Shown in pieces: positions 18,639 through 28,716 of a DNA stretch of 64,000 nt; position 1 is the first letter of the stretch; every line of letters begins with the position of its first letter. The notes under the pieces were generated by a model. The model did not search any database, was not told the origin of the DNA, and saw only the letters and a list, made by a program, of their open reading frames with translations. Source of the stretch: Anaerolineales bacterium (GTDB lineage: Bacteria; Chloroflexota; Anaerolineae; Anaerolineales; Villigracilaceae); contig DATMWA010000057.1 of assembly GCA_035562755.1 (NCBI GenBank), positions 3,535 through 67,534 of the forward strand, read 5' to 3'. The position numbers and the translations under genes are program-made.

Positions 18639-20030
18639 TTATTTCTTACCGCTGAAGGAAGGAATCACATCAACCGACTCGTGCATGGCTTGCTCGGGGC
18701 TGCCGGTGGCGTATTTCTTCATCAAAATAAACATGGCAACGGCCAAACCAGTATAGACAGCGGTGTACCCAATCAAGGAAATCCAGAGGTCTACGGCGGT
18801 GAGGTTAGGGGAAACCGCGTCTTTCACTTTCATGTAACCAGTGACGATCCACGGTTGCCGTCCCATTTCGGTCATAATCCAACCGGTGGCATTAGCGAGG
18901 TAAGGCATGATGAGGGCATAAGGCATCCACATCATCCATTTTTCGTTCAACCAGTCCTTCTTCTGCATGCGCCAGTAGAGGAAGAGACCCAGACCCATCA
19001 GGATCAATCCGAAACCCATCATGATTCGGAAGGTCCAGTACGTTACAACCATGAGGGGAATGTAATCATCCGGGCCGTACTTGGCTTCGTATTGTTCCTG
19101 AATATCATAAACACCTTGAACCTCGCAGCTAAAATTGTTACAAGCTAAAAAGCTCATGGCATAAGGAATCTTGATCGACCACACTTCACGCTTACCGGTC
19201 AGGTCTCCAATGGTTAATAGAGAGAAGGATGCCGGTTGCTCGGTTTCCCAAATTGCCTCAATGGCTGCCAATTTCATTGGCTGTAACTCGCGCATTTCCT
19301 GACCCATGGTATGCCCTCCGAGGAAGACCATGATACTGGAGGCGATGGTTACAAAGGTAGCAATCTCAAAAGAGCGTTTGAAGACGTCGATGTGCTGTTT
19401 TCGAATCAAGTGATAGGCACTGATAGAGAGAATCACAACGGCTGCGGTCAAAATACCGTCCGAGATAGTATGCCAGAAGAACAACCATCCTTTTAGGTTA
19501 CCAATTAGCAATAAAAAGTTGGTCAGTTCCATCCGCCCAAGTTCCTCGTTGTAAACAAATGATCCAGGAGGTGGAGCCTGCATAAAGGCGTTGGCGACGA
19601 GGATAAAAAGCGAGGAGAGAATCGAGCCAATGGCAACCAACCAAATGGAGGCGAGGTGAACTTTTTCGGGGATCTTGCCTTCGCCGAATATCCAAACTCC
19701 CAAAAATGTAGATTCAAGGAAAAAAGCCAGTAATGCTTCGATGGCAAGCGGGGCACCAAAAATATCACCAACAAACCGGCTGTATTCAGACCAGTTCATC
19801 CCGAACTGGAATTCCTGAACGATACCTGTTACGACACCAATGGCAAAATTGATCAGATACAGTTTTCCCCAGAACTTGGTCATTTTGTGCCAGGTTTCAT
19901 CCCTGGTTTGATAGTAGCGGGTTTGCATGAACGCGACCAGCAGACCCAGCCCGAGGGTAAGGGGAACGAAAAGCCAGTGGTAGACCGTGGTTAGGCCGAA
20001 CTGCCACCGTGAGAGGTATACAACATCCAT
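18639..20030 (-). CDS. cydA: Cytochrome bd ubiquinol oxidase subunit I
   Basis: LSRWQFGLTTVYHWLFVPLTLGL N-terminus with the haem-ligand His, a Q-loop region, 463 aa. Confidence 0.9.
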   Translation of the reverse strand: MDVVYLSRWQFGLTTVYHWLFVPLTLGLGLLVAFMQTRYYQTRDETWHKMTKFWGKLYLINFAIGVVTGIVQEFQFGMNWSEYSRFVGDIFGAPLAIEALLAFFLESTFLGVWIFGEGKIPEKVHLASIWLVAIGSILSSLFILVANAFMQAPPPGSFVYNEELGRMELTNFLLLIGNLKGWLFFWHTISDGILTAAVVILSISAYHLIRKQHIDVFKRSFEIATFVTIASSIMVFLGGHTMGQEMRELQPMKLAAIEAIWETEQPASFSLLTIGDLTGKREVWSIKIPYAMSFLACNNFSCEVQGVYDIQEQYEAKYGPDDYIPLMVVTYWTFRIMMGFGLILMGLGLFLYWRMQKKDWLNEKWMMWMPYALIMPYLANATGWIMTEMGRQPWIVTGYMKVKDAVSPNLTAVDLWISLIGYTAVYTGLAVAMFILMKKYATGSPEQAMHESVDVIPSFSGKK

Positions 20031-20226
20031 ATTAACTCCTTCGCAATAATCTGATATATGACGCGCGGAATGAAGTAAATAAATTAATGCGCGTAAGTTA
20101 ACCTATACACAAAATACTTGTAAGGTTAACAGTTTTGATTGGTTAAATTGTACGCTCATGACAGGCAATCATGCAAGAGAAGTGTCACATTATATTGTGA
20201 TGATGGTCATACGAAAGGGTGATTTT

Positions 20227-21459
20227 TCAGCCCGCTTCGACATTATCCGGTTTGTCGTAATTTTTGAGAAATGGATATTTCGCGACGACCCAGGCGAGCG
20301 AGACGAGTACCCCAATTCCACCGGTTACAATGGCAAACGGAATCCCAAAAAATTTTCCAACAAGCCCGGCTTCCAGCTCGCCAAGTTGTGGTCCACCGGA
20401 AAAAAAGATCTGATTCACACTGGTCATGCGTCCGCGCATATTATCCGGGGTGTGCAGCTGGCGGATGAGGTTTCGAATGACCATGCTGACCGCGTCTGTG
20501 GCACCCATCAACATCATCGCGAGCATGGAAAGATAAAAATTCTTTGAAAGACCAAAAAGGATCGTCGCCAATCCAAAGAAAACCAGCGATGTGATAAAAA
20601 TCCTTCCCTGCTTGCGTAACTCACGGATTTGGGTCAGAACCAGTCCGGCGAGCATGGCGCCTAATGCCTCCGCGGAGCTGAGAAAGCCATAACCAATTTC
20701 TCCAACACCGAGAATATCTCTGGCGATGATCGGAAGCATGGTTCGGGCGTTGGCAAAAAAGGTGGCAAAGAAATCCATGATCATGGTGGAAAAAATTAAT
20801 TTCTGATTGAAAATGAATTTGAACCCTTCGGCGATGACGGTCAAGTTGACGCCGCCGCGTTTGCTCATATCCTGCGGAATACTGCCAACTTTGAGCAGAG
20901 CAAAGATGACAGCCAGGAAGGAAATCGCGTTGAAAACATAGGTGTAACCCATACCAAGTCCGGCGATTACCCAGCCGCTGAAAACTGGGCCGATCACCGC
21001 CCCAAGATTCCAGGCAATGGATTGGAGTGAAAAGGCATTGGCGAGGTTCTGGCGGCTTACCACGTTCGGGGTGATGGATTGGCGGGCTGGTAGGTCGAAG
21101 GAGAAAGAAGCACCTTGCAAGGCGGTGATGAAGTAAATGTGCCAGAGCTGAATGGTACCTGAAAAGGTGAGAACCGCCAGCGCAATGGCGGTGAGCATTT
21201 CCGAGATGTTAGCGAAGAGACTGATCTTTCGACGATCAAAGTTGTCGGCAATCGCGCCCCCGAGAGCGGAAAATAAAAGGGTTGGGATGAGCCTTGCCAA
21301 ACCTACCAAACCAAGAGCCAGGGGATCGGGTTCTCCTGTCAGATCGCGGATGTGCCAATGAATGGCTACATACTGCATTTGTGAGCCGGCGATGGAGATT
21401 AACGAACCAAGCCAAAGAGCACGGAATTTGGGTTCGTAAAGGGCTGGAGGTATCTTCAT
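20227..21459 (-). CDS. MFS transporter (EntS/MFS_3-like)
   Basis: 410 aa with about 12 hydrophobic helices. N-terminus FRALWLGSLISIAGSQMQYVAIHW is typical of this MFS subgroup. Confidence 0.75.
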   Translation of the reverse strand: MKIPPALYEPKFRALWLGSLISIAGSQMQYVAIHWHIRDLTGEPDPLALGLVGLARLIPTLLFSALGGAIADNFDRRKISLFANISEMLTAIALAVLTFSGTIQLWHIYFITALQGASFSFDLPARQSITPNVVSRQNLANAFSLQSIAWNLGAVIGPVFSGWVIAGLGMGYTYVFNAISFLAVIFALLKVGSIPQDMSKRGGVNLTVIAEGFKFIFNQKLIFSTMIMDFFATFFANARTMLPIIARDILGVGEIGYGFLSSAEALGAMLAGLVLTQIRELRKQGRIFITSLVFFGLATILFGLSKNFYLSMLAMMLMGATDAVSMVIRNLIRQLHTPDNMRGRMTSVNQIFFSGGPQLGELEAGLVGKFFGIPFAIVTGGIGVLVSLAWVVAKYPFLKNYDKPDNVEAG

Positions 21460-21466
21460 CCTGGGG

Positions 21467-22309
21467 TTAAATTCCCCAGTCTTTCAGATCTGCCAGGTCT
21501 TTGATCACCGCGTCGTGGGAGAGGATAGCGATTGGGGCAGGAACCCGTTTGAAATGATTGCTTCTAATCCGCTTGGCGACTGATGCCACGAAGGCAGGAT
21601 CGAAACCGGCGCTGACAACCTCATCAAATGATTCTCCGAGGTTGACAATGTGATAGAGGAGTTGATCTACGTCGTCGTAAGAAAAGCCCAATTCGCCTTC
21701 ATCTGTCTGGCCGCTCCACAGATCAGCGGAAGGTGGTTTATTGATAATATCTTCCGGCACACCCAACTCTCGGGAGAGTTGACGGACCTGGGTTTTGAAG
21801 AGGTCACCCACCGGATTGAACGCGCAGGCGGAGTCACCAAACAGGGTAGTGTAGCCCAGTAAGGCTTCCGTTTTGTTGCCCGTACCGACCACCAGCCCAC
21901 CCCAATCGGCTGATTGGTCGAAGAGAGTGATCATCCTGCAGCGTGCCATGATATTGCCTTTGCGAACCGGGCTCATTTCAGGCTGTAAATAAATCAGGGC
22001 GTCGGCCATTTCGGAAATCGCCATTGTTTTGGTCTGAATACCGAGTTTTTCGCCGACGATTTGAGCATGAAACATGGATTCTTGCGATGAAGTCCGATAT
22101 GGCATCCGAATCGCGAGAAGATTGTCACGTCCGATCGCTTTGGCGGTCAGGTAAGCTACCAAAGTGGAATCGATTCCGCCAGACAAACCGAGGACTGCTT
22201 TGGAAAATCCGGCAGATTTTATTTGTGAAGCGATAAAATCTACGAGCCTTTGAATTACGAGCGGTCCGTTGAGGGAGAGATCGATTTTTTGATAATCCAT
22301 ATTATTCAC
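21467..22309 (-). CDS. nadE: NH3-dependent NAD+ synthetase
   Basis: PP-loop GLSGGIDSTLVAYL, 280 aa, NadE-like throughout. Confidence 0.9.
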   Translation of the reverse strand: MNNMDYQKIDLSLNGPLVIQRLVDFIASQIKSAGFSKAVLGLSGGIDSTLVAYLTAKAIGRDNLLAIRMPYRTSSQESMFHAQIVGEKLGIQTKTMAISEMADALIYLQPEMSPVRKGNIMARCRMITLFDQSADWGGLVVGTGNKTEALLGYTTLFGDSACAFNPVGDLFKTQVRQLSRELGVPEDIINKPPSADLWSGQTDEGELGFSYDDVDQLLYHIVNLGESFDEVVSAGFDPAFVASVAKRIRSNHFKRVPAPIAILSHDAVIKDLADLKDWGI

Positions 22310-22361
22310 CTTTTAACGTAAAAATTATAACAAAACGATTTGACTCTAATCAAAGTTTTGG

Positions 22362-23732
22362 TCATTGATTTTGAGGGTCAGCATCCTGCACAACAGGATC
22401 GCTCTTCTTGTGTCGTAAAGCCTGATCGACCGATCGGGTGAGGAGCATAAAGGCGATGGCGGTTGCCAACCTGCCGAACCCCGATGAAAGAAACGCGCCG
22501 GGAATACCCCATTGGTTATAGATCAAGGTACCTACAGCCGCGCCAGCGCTGGCGGCAAGGGTGATAATAATCTGGTAGACCGCTGAAAATCTACTCCGGC
22601 CGATATTGGGGGTGATGTGCAGCAAGTAATTGAATGAAGTGAGCTCAAACACACCCCATAAAAACCCGGCAATGCCATTGATGATGATCACCTGCCAAAG
22701 AGTACTGGAGAGCATCCAAAGGATCGGTACAGACGGGATCAGGAACATCATGATCGTAAGAATTCTTCCTTCGCCAAACCGATCTGCCCATTCGCCAGCT
22801 TTTTTCTGGGTGAGCATTTTGAAGACACTGCCGCTGATAAGTACATATCCAATGCTGGTAGCGTCAAAACGCAAATCTTCGACCATGTAAACATTGAAAA
22901 ATGGAGCACTGAAGAAGAGTACAAAGTTCCAGGCGGCAAAGATTAAAGTAAAAGAGAAGAAGTGCGGATTTTTGCGAAGGTCCTGCCACACGCCGCGTAG
23001 GGAAAAATCGGCGATCTGTTCACGGCTCGCGGAAGGCTTGGGGTCTTCGATGTGTGAAAACGAGAAAATTGATAATAATCCGAAGACAATCGAGAGGACG
23101 ATCATCCACTGATAGCCTGAAATTCCATCCAGGTTGGAAACTGAGAAGCCAACCAACCAGGTAACAAGTATGACGGCCAGAGTCATGGCAGTATTCCGAC
23201 TGCCAAAATATCGACCGCGCCCATGCAATGGGACAATGTCGTTAACCAGTGAAATCCAGGGCGGGAAAGCGAGGTTGGCAACCGCTACTCGAATCACGGA
23301 AACAGCGATGAAAGCCCAAATTAATGTTTGCCCGCTGAAGAAGAATGGTAGGATAGCGATCGCCAGTAAGGCTGCCCGGGCAAGATAACCACCTGAAATA
23401 ATGGTGATGAGCTTTCGATTACCGAGCCGTTCCTCCAATAACGCGCCAGGCATGAGGAACAAGGCGGCTGAAAGGCTGGTAAGGGCGGTAAAAGCCCCAA
23501 CCTGTTCACCGGTTCCACCGATGGCTATTAATAGTAAGGAGAGATAATTGAGAGGGAAAACATCGCTGGCGGCGGCAAAGACACCATCGAACCAGAACCA
23601 AACCAAATTACGCCGATCACGCCCAGGTAATTCTAAAACCCAGTTGCCGCCGGACATGGTCAATGCCAGCCGCGAACGTAATTTTGTAAAGGTTGTCTCT
23701 TTGGAGTTCATAAACGCGAGCCTAACCACCAA
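22362..23732 (-). CDS. MFS transporter
   Basis: 456-aa polytopic protein with MFS-like loop motifs. The start codon is uncertain (a second Met lies 7 codons in). Confidence 0.7.
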   Translation of the reverse strand: MVVRLAFMNSKETTFTKLRSRLALTMSGGNWVLELPGRDRRNLVWFWFDGVFAAASDVFPLNYLSLLLIAIGGTGEQVGAFTALTSLSAALFLMPGALLEERLGNRKLITIISGGYLARAALLAIAILPFFFSGQTLIWAFIAVSVIRVAVANLAFPPWISLVNDIVPLHGRGRYFGSRNTAMTLAVILVTWLVGFSVSNLDGISGYQWMIVLSIVFGLLSIFSFSHIEDPKPSASREQIADFSLRGVWQDLRKNPHFFSFTLIFAAWNFVLFFSAPFFNVYMVEDLRFDATSIGYVLISGSVFKMLTQKKAGEWADRFGEGRILTIMMFLIPSVPILWMLSSTLWQVIIINGIAGFLWGVFELTSFNYLLHITPNIGRSRFSAVYQIIITLAASAGAAVGTLIYNQWGIPGAFLSSGFGRLATAIAFMLLTRSVDQALRHKKSDPVVQDADPQNQ

Positions 23733-23939
23733 TTCTACTCAATTCCCAGATAATTGATTGAACGAAATTCTAAATAACTCGCCATTTTGTTATTCATTTG
23801 ACGCGCTATCCAAAGAACCACCGATTCTCATTAGCCGATTGGCTTAGGCTTTAATGATTGGTTAATTCATTTGCTCAATAGATGATCATGGTGCTATGAA
23901 TCAGGCTTAAAAATGATCAAAAGTGATACCTAAAAAGGA

Positions 23940-23967
23940 TTGACGCCAGAGGTGGGGTGGACATAAT
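23940..23967 (+). promoter_or_regulatory. Candidate sigma-70 promoter for speH-speE
   Basis: TTGACG, a 16-nt spacer, then CATAAT, about 25 nt upstream of the speH start. Confidence 0.4.
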
Positions 23968-23992
23968 TCAAGCCCACATACTTTAATTTGAG

Positions 23993-24412
23993 GTGAGAGT
24001 GAATACAAATTTAAAATTGGGAGAACATTTCATCGTCGATCTGTCAGAATGCGACCGTGATTTGTTGTTGAATCCGGAGCAGTCGTACGAATTGTTCTCT
24101 TCGGCGGTCAAGGGCGCAGGTTTAACGGTCGTGGATGAGGGATTGTTTAAATTTGCACCGCATGGTTTTACCGCATTCCTGTTGCTATCGGAAAGCCATG
24201 CCAGCCTGCATGCCTGGCCAGAATTTGGATATTGCGCGATTGACCTTTTTACCTGTAATATCGGGCAAAACATGATTCCTCTCATCGAGGAGCTGAAACG
24301 AGTGTTTGGGGCGGATGATTTTGTATTACGAAAAGTTGATCGAGAAGCTGAAATAGCCCGCGATAAAATTCCTTTCATCATGCCCGAATTGGAAGTGAAA
24401 CATGAGCGCTGA
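23993..24412 (+). CDS. speH: S-adenosylmethionine decarboxylase proenzyme (small bacterial type)
   Basis: Self-processing and active-site motif LLSESHASLHAWPEFGY. GTG start at 23993, or alternatively 23999. Confidence 0.9.
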   Translation: MRVNTNLKLGEHFIVDLSECDRDLLLNPEQSYELFSSAVKGAGLTVVDEGLFKFAPHGFTAFLLLSESHASLHAWPEFGYCAIDLFTCNIGQNMIPLIEELKRVFGADDFVLRKVDREAEIARDKIPFIMPELEVKHER

Positions 24413-25235
24413 AACCTGGTTCTCTGAATCGCTCCATCCTTATTATCGAAAATCTTTGCGAATCGAAGAAGTTTTATTCGAAGGGCGGTCAGATTTTCAA
24501 CAGATCCAGGTCTTTAGAACGGCATTCTTTGGAAACACGTTAGTGCTAGATGGAATTATTCAGCTTACCGAAAAAGATAATATGGGCTATCACGAAATGA
24601 TTACCCACGTCCCGATGCTGGCGGTTGAAAATCCTGAAAATGTTTTAATCGTGGGCGGCGGTGATGGAGGTTCCTTACGTCAGGTCTTGCGATATTCTTC
24701 CGTAAAACACGCGGTTCTTTGCGAGCTGGATCAGATGGTGGTGGATGTGAGCCGTAAGTATTTTCCCGCTTTTGGAGACCCGCTTTCAGATCCCCGAGCT
24801 GAATTGGTAATTAGAGACGCTTTTGACTATCTGGCGGAAAATGTGAGCAAGTTTGACGTGATTATTTCTGATACAACCGATCCGATTGGGATGGCGGAGC
24901 GATTGTTCAGTGATGAGTTTTATCGGTTGATGGCAGCGGCTTTGAAACCAGGTGGAGCGATGGCCACCCAATGCGAACAACCCTATTTTGACGATGATTT
25001 GATTTTGAAAATCTACCAATCCGCGCAGGAAGTTTTTAAAAATCCCGCTTATTATTACGCTCAGGTACCAACCTATCCGGGCGGCGGAATAGGATTTATG
25101 TATGGTTCGGATGTTCCCTGGACAAATGGTTTGTCCAAACCGACTCCGCCGGGCGTTTATGAGTATCTAAATCCGGAAATCCACCAAGCTGCGTTTGCCT
25201 TGCCGGAATTTTTTAGATGCAGGCTTTACAAATAG
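24402..25235 (+). CDS. speE: Spermidine synthase (polyamine aminopropyltransferase)
   Basis: VLIVGGGDGGSLRQVL and ISDTTDP motifs. Overlaps speH by 11 nt. Confidence 0.9.
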   Translation: MSAETWFSESLHPYYRKSLRIEEVLFEGRSDFQQIQVFRTAFFGNTLVLDGIIQLTEKDNMGYHEMITHVPMLAVENPENVLIVGGGDGGSLRQVLRYSSVKHAVLCELDQMVVDVSRKYFPAFGDPLSDPRAELVIRDAFDYLAENVSKFDVIISDTTDPIGMAERLFSDEFYRLMAAALKPGGAMATQCEQPYFDDDLILKIYQSAQEVFKNPAYYYAQVPTYPGGGIGFMYGSDVPWTNGLSKPTPPGVYEYLNPEIHQAAFALPEFFRCRLYK

Positions 25236-25255
25236 AACTCACCCTCTGGCTGAGG

Positions 25256-25765
25256 TTAGCGAATATAGTCGACGATCTCCGCCAATCTTTTTCGACCTTT
25301 CTTGATGACAACGCTCGTTTGTTGATCCATTGTCTGAGGGTAACCGAAAGACAGCGCGATGCGGAGATGCCAATCCACTCCGAAGCCGAGAACTTGACGG
25401 GCTTTTTCAAATTCATAGATCGATGCGGGACAACTGCCAATGCCTTGCTCCCAGGCGGCAAGCTGCATATACGCCGCCGCTTGTCCGAGGTCGAACATGG
25501 TTTGGAATTTTTCAGTCGGATCTGGCGAGAGAAGGGCAACAGCCAGCGGAGCTCCCGCGATATGGCCCGCGAATTTGCCACATTCCGAAAGCTCAATCAG
25601 CTTTTGGCGGTTGGTGATGGCAACGAAACGCCAATCCTGGTTGTTTTTTGAGGATTGGGCGCGCCGGCCGGCGTTGAGAATGAGCGTAACCATTTCATCA
25701 GGCAGCGGTAGCGATTGAAAAACGCGAGTAGCACCTTTGGTTTTAATTGCTTGGATCACATCCAT
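25256..25765 (-). CDS. Nitroreductase family protein
   Basis: 169 aa. The N-terminus IKTKGATRVFQSLPLPDEMVTLILNAGRRAQSSKNNQDWRFV matches the nitroreductase FMN-binding fold pattern. Confidence 0.75.
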   Translation of the reverse strand: MDVIQAIKTKGATRVFQSLPLPDEMVTLILNAGRRAQSSKNNQDWRFVAITNRQKLIELSECGKFAGHIAGAPLAVALLSPDPTEKFQTMFDLGQAAAYMQLAAWEQGIGSCPASIYEFEKARQVLGFGVDWHLRIALSFGYPQTMDQQTSVVIKKGRKRLAEIVDYIR

Positions 25766-25878
25766 GACCTATCACTCCTCCATAAATTCTTTTTTATCTT
25801 CCATTCGATTGTAACAAAATTGCGATTTTGCTCCATTTGGTCAGAGGCTGGAAAACTATATTAAAATGAGGGGAACTG

Positions 25879-26496
25879 ATGATGAACATGATTTCTTTTT
25901 TCGTATTTTTATTAATCTGGTCCGCAGCTCATAGTTTTTTTGCCAGCCATACCTGGAAGGATTGGTTGGAGAAGCGGGTCGGTCAGGTTTTTATGCAGCG
26001 TTATTATCGATTCTGGTATAACTTCTTTTCGCTGGTCACAATTCTGCCCGCCGCATTGATCTACATTAGTACCGAATCAAAAATTCTATACTCGGTTGAG
26101 ATGCCCTGGAAAGCCGCGATGCTTGCCGGGCAGGCTGTTGGGTTATTGTTAATGGGTGTGGCGGTTCTCCAAACCGGTTTTTGGCGCTTTGTTGGTTTGG
26201 AGCCACAGGCGGATCTACGCAGTGGGGAGATGGTTCCCTTCGTGACAAGCGGCCTTTATTCTTTAATGCGGCATCCAATTTATTCTGGTACTTATCTTCT
26301 GCTGATTTGTGACCCGACCATGACCGAGGTCAAATTGATGACGTATCTCATCTTCGCGATCTACGTTTTCATCGGTATTTATTTTGAGGAGCGACGGTTG
26401 ACCAGAGAATTTGGTGATCTTTACCATGATTACAAGGCGAGAGTTCCCATGCTGATTCCAGGATTGAAGAGGAAGCAATATGACCCAACCCACTGA
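25879..26496 (+). CDS. Membrane methyltransferase, isoprenylcysteine carboxyl methyltransferase (ICMT/PEMT)-like
   Basis: Polytopic protein with the C-terminal motif GLYSLMRHPIYSGTYLLL...EERRLTREFGDLYHDYKARVP. Confidence 0.7.
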   Translation: MMNMISFFVFLLIWSAAHSFFASHTWKDWLEKRVGQVFMQRYYRFWYNFFSLVTILPAALIYISTESKILYSVEMPWKAAMLAGQAVGLLLMGVAVLQTGFWRFVGLEPQADLRSGEMVPFVTSGLYSLMRHPIYSGTYLLLICDPTMTEVKLMTYLIFAIYVFIGIYFEERRLTREFGDLYHDYKARVPMLIPGLKRKQYDPTH

Positions 26497-28429
26497 AACT
26501 TACGCCTCCCAAAGGCGCTCTGAGAGAATGGCCGAACTTCGGAAGACGGATCCAATACCGGGTGGAGCCAAGCCCAACTCATTGACCGGTTTTTTGATTG
26601 GTTTGGTTTTTTTTCTATTGGCGGTCGTTTTCCTTACGGCTGGAGTAAAGGCATTTTACCTCGCGAGAATTTACCCAGGGGTGAACGTGGCGGGTGTGGA
26701 TGTTTCGGGCATGACCCGGGACCGGGCGGTATCTGAATTACAGGAAAAAGTTCGCTATCCGAGCCTTGGTACGATCACCTTGGTAGCGGGTGATGAGCGC
26801 TGGCAAAAAGCGCCGGCTCAGTTGGGTTTGAATTTTTTGGTAGAGGAAACCGTTCAAAAAGCTTATTCTTATGGTCGTGAAGGTAATATCCTGGCGCAGA
26901 TGATGGACATCCTGAATTCTGCCCAATCCGGGGTTAATATCCCGCCAATTATCAGTATCGATGAAAACCTGGCAAACCATGAATTAAATTTGATCAATGA
27001 GTACGTTCTTGATTCTCCCCAGGAAGCCGAGTTACGGCTGGATGGGTTGAATGTGATATACACCCCTGGCAAAAAGGGGACAATGATCGACATTGAACCG
27101 ACCAAAGCCTTTCTGGCGGCATCCATGCAGTTATTTCAAGACGCAGAGACCCCGGTGGTGTTGAAGGAAGTCGAACCGAAAGTCATGGACGCTGAATTGA
27201 CCGCCCAGAAGGCGCGCGAAGTGCTTTCAAAGCCATTTACGATCGCGATCCCCAACGCTCAAGGAAATGACCCGGGACCCTGGACTATTCCACCCGAACA
27301 ATTAGCGCAGATGCTGCGCTTTGTTCGGAAGGATATCGACGGGAAGTCAACTTATGTGATGGCTTTGGACTCAGACTCAATCAAATCCATCCTGACTCCG
27401 CTGGTCGCGGAGATTGATCACCCGGAACGAGATGGACGGTTCGCGTTTGATGAGGCGACTGGCGAGTTGAGTTTGATTGAGGAAGCCAAAACCGGCTACC
27501 AGCTCAATATCAATGAATCGGTCGCGGCCATCAACCAAACCTTGGAAAATGGTCAGAGTGATGCTCCATTGACGGTTCTGGTGACCAAACCGCTGGTAAA
27601 CAATGATGTAACGGCGGAACAACTGGGCATCACCCAACTGACCGCGTCACAGACCACTTACTTCTGGGGCTCGTCGGCGGAGAGAAGACAGAATATTCGG
27701 ACCGCCGCAGCGAATTTTGACGGGATTCTGATTCCACCCGAAAGCGTTTTTTCAATGGGCAAATATATGAGTGATGTCACCTTGGAGAATGGATATGCCG
27801 AGGCGCTCATCATTTACAATGGTCAAACAATTCAGGGTGTTGGCGGCGGGGTGTGTCAGGTGAGTACCACCCTTTTCCGGACGGCATTTTATGCCGGTTT
27901 ACCGATCAACGAACGGCACGCGCATGCCTACCGGGTTTACTACTATGAACAAAATCCAGGCGGGGCAGCTAATCCGTTGCTATCAGGTTTTGACGCGACG
28001 GTTTACTTCCCGCTGGTGGATCTCAAATTTACCAACAACACACCTTATTGGATACTGATGCGCACTTTCTATGATGACGCGAGCAGCTCCTTGACTTGGA
28101 ATTTTTACTCTACCCCGGATGGCAGGACGGTAAGCGCCAATTTCTCCGGGCCGATGGAAATTACACCCCCGTTGGAGCCGGTGATTACCTATAATGAAGA
28201 TTTGGAACCCGGCTTGGTCCGCAGGATCGACTATCCCTCCGAGGGAGCCACCGTCGTCATCGATCGGACAGTAACGCTGCCGAGCGGCGAGCAATTTATT
28301 GATACCTTTAAAACGTTATATCAACCGTGGGCAGAAGCATGTGAATATGGCCCGGACGTGTCAAATTTGGAGAAAGTGTTAAAAAACCGAGGCTGGTGCC
28401 AGCCGTTGGAAAAACAAAACAATGAATAA
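26480..28429 (+). CDS. VanW family protein with N-terminal membrane anchor
   Basis: VanW core GGGVCQVSTTLFRTAFYAGLPINERHAHAY, and the TM helix FLIGLVFFLLAVVFLTAGV. Confidence 0.85.
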   Translation: MTQPTETYASQRRSERMAELRKTDPIPGGAKPNSLTGFLIGLVFFLLAVVFLTAGVKAFYLARIYPGVNVAGVDVSGMTRDRAVSELQEKVRYPSLGTITLVAGDERWQKAPAQLGLNFLVEETVQKAYSYGREGNILAQMMDILNSAQSGVNIPPIISIDENLANHELNLINEYVLDSPQEAELRLDGLNVIYTPGKKGTMIDIEPTKAFLAASMQLFQDAETPVVLKEVEPKVMDAELTAQKAREVLSKPFTIAIPNAQGNDPGPWTIPPEQLAQMLRFVRKDIDGKSTYVMALDSDSIKSILTPLVAEIDHPERDGRFAFDEATGELSLIEEAKTGYQLNINESVAAINQTLENGQSDAPLTVLVTKPLVNNDVTAEQLGITQLTASQTTYFWGSSAERRQNIRTAAANFDGILIPPESVFSMGKYMSDVTLENGYAEALIIYNGQTIQGVGGGVCQVSTTLFRTAFYAGLPINERHAHAYRVYYYEQNPGGAANPLLSGFDATVYFPLVDLKFTNNTPYWILMRTFYDDASSSLTWNFYSTPDGRTVSANFSGPMEITPPLEPVITYNEDLEPGLVRRIDYPSEGATVVIDRTVTLPSGEQFIDTFKTLYQPWAEACEYGPDVSNLEKVLKNRGWCQPLEKQNNE

Positions 28430-28494
28430 TGGTAGAATTGCAACCGTATTTGTCGTTCAAAGGATCCATCTTATGATGAGAAGGAAGTTTAAAA

Positions 28495-28713
28495 ATGGTA
28501 CCGAATGAATTGTTGGAAATCTTGCGCTGCCCGGTTTGTGTCAAAAATGGAGGCGGCGAGTTGGAATTGGTAAAGGATTCCTGGTTGGTTTGTCATTCCT
28601 GCGGTCGGAAATATCCGATTGTTGAGGATATCCCGGTCATGTTAATCGATGAAGGCGACAAATGGATGAGCACGAAGGTTGAAGACCTGCCCGTGCCTCC
28701 GCCAACCCGATAA
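28495..28713 (+). CDS. Trm112/YcaR (UPF0434) family zinc-ribbon protein
   Basis: LLEILRCPVC...LVCHSCGRKYPIVEDIPVMLIDE is the family signature. Confidence 0.85.
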   Translation: MVPNELLEILRCPVCVKNGGGELELVKDSWLVCHSCGRKYPIVEDIPVMLIDEGDKWMSTKVEDLPVPPPTR

Positions 28714-28716
28714 GAA

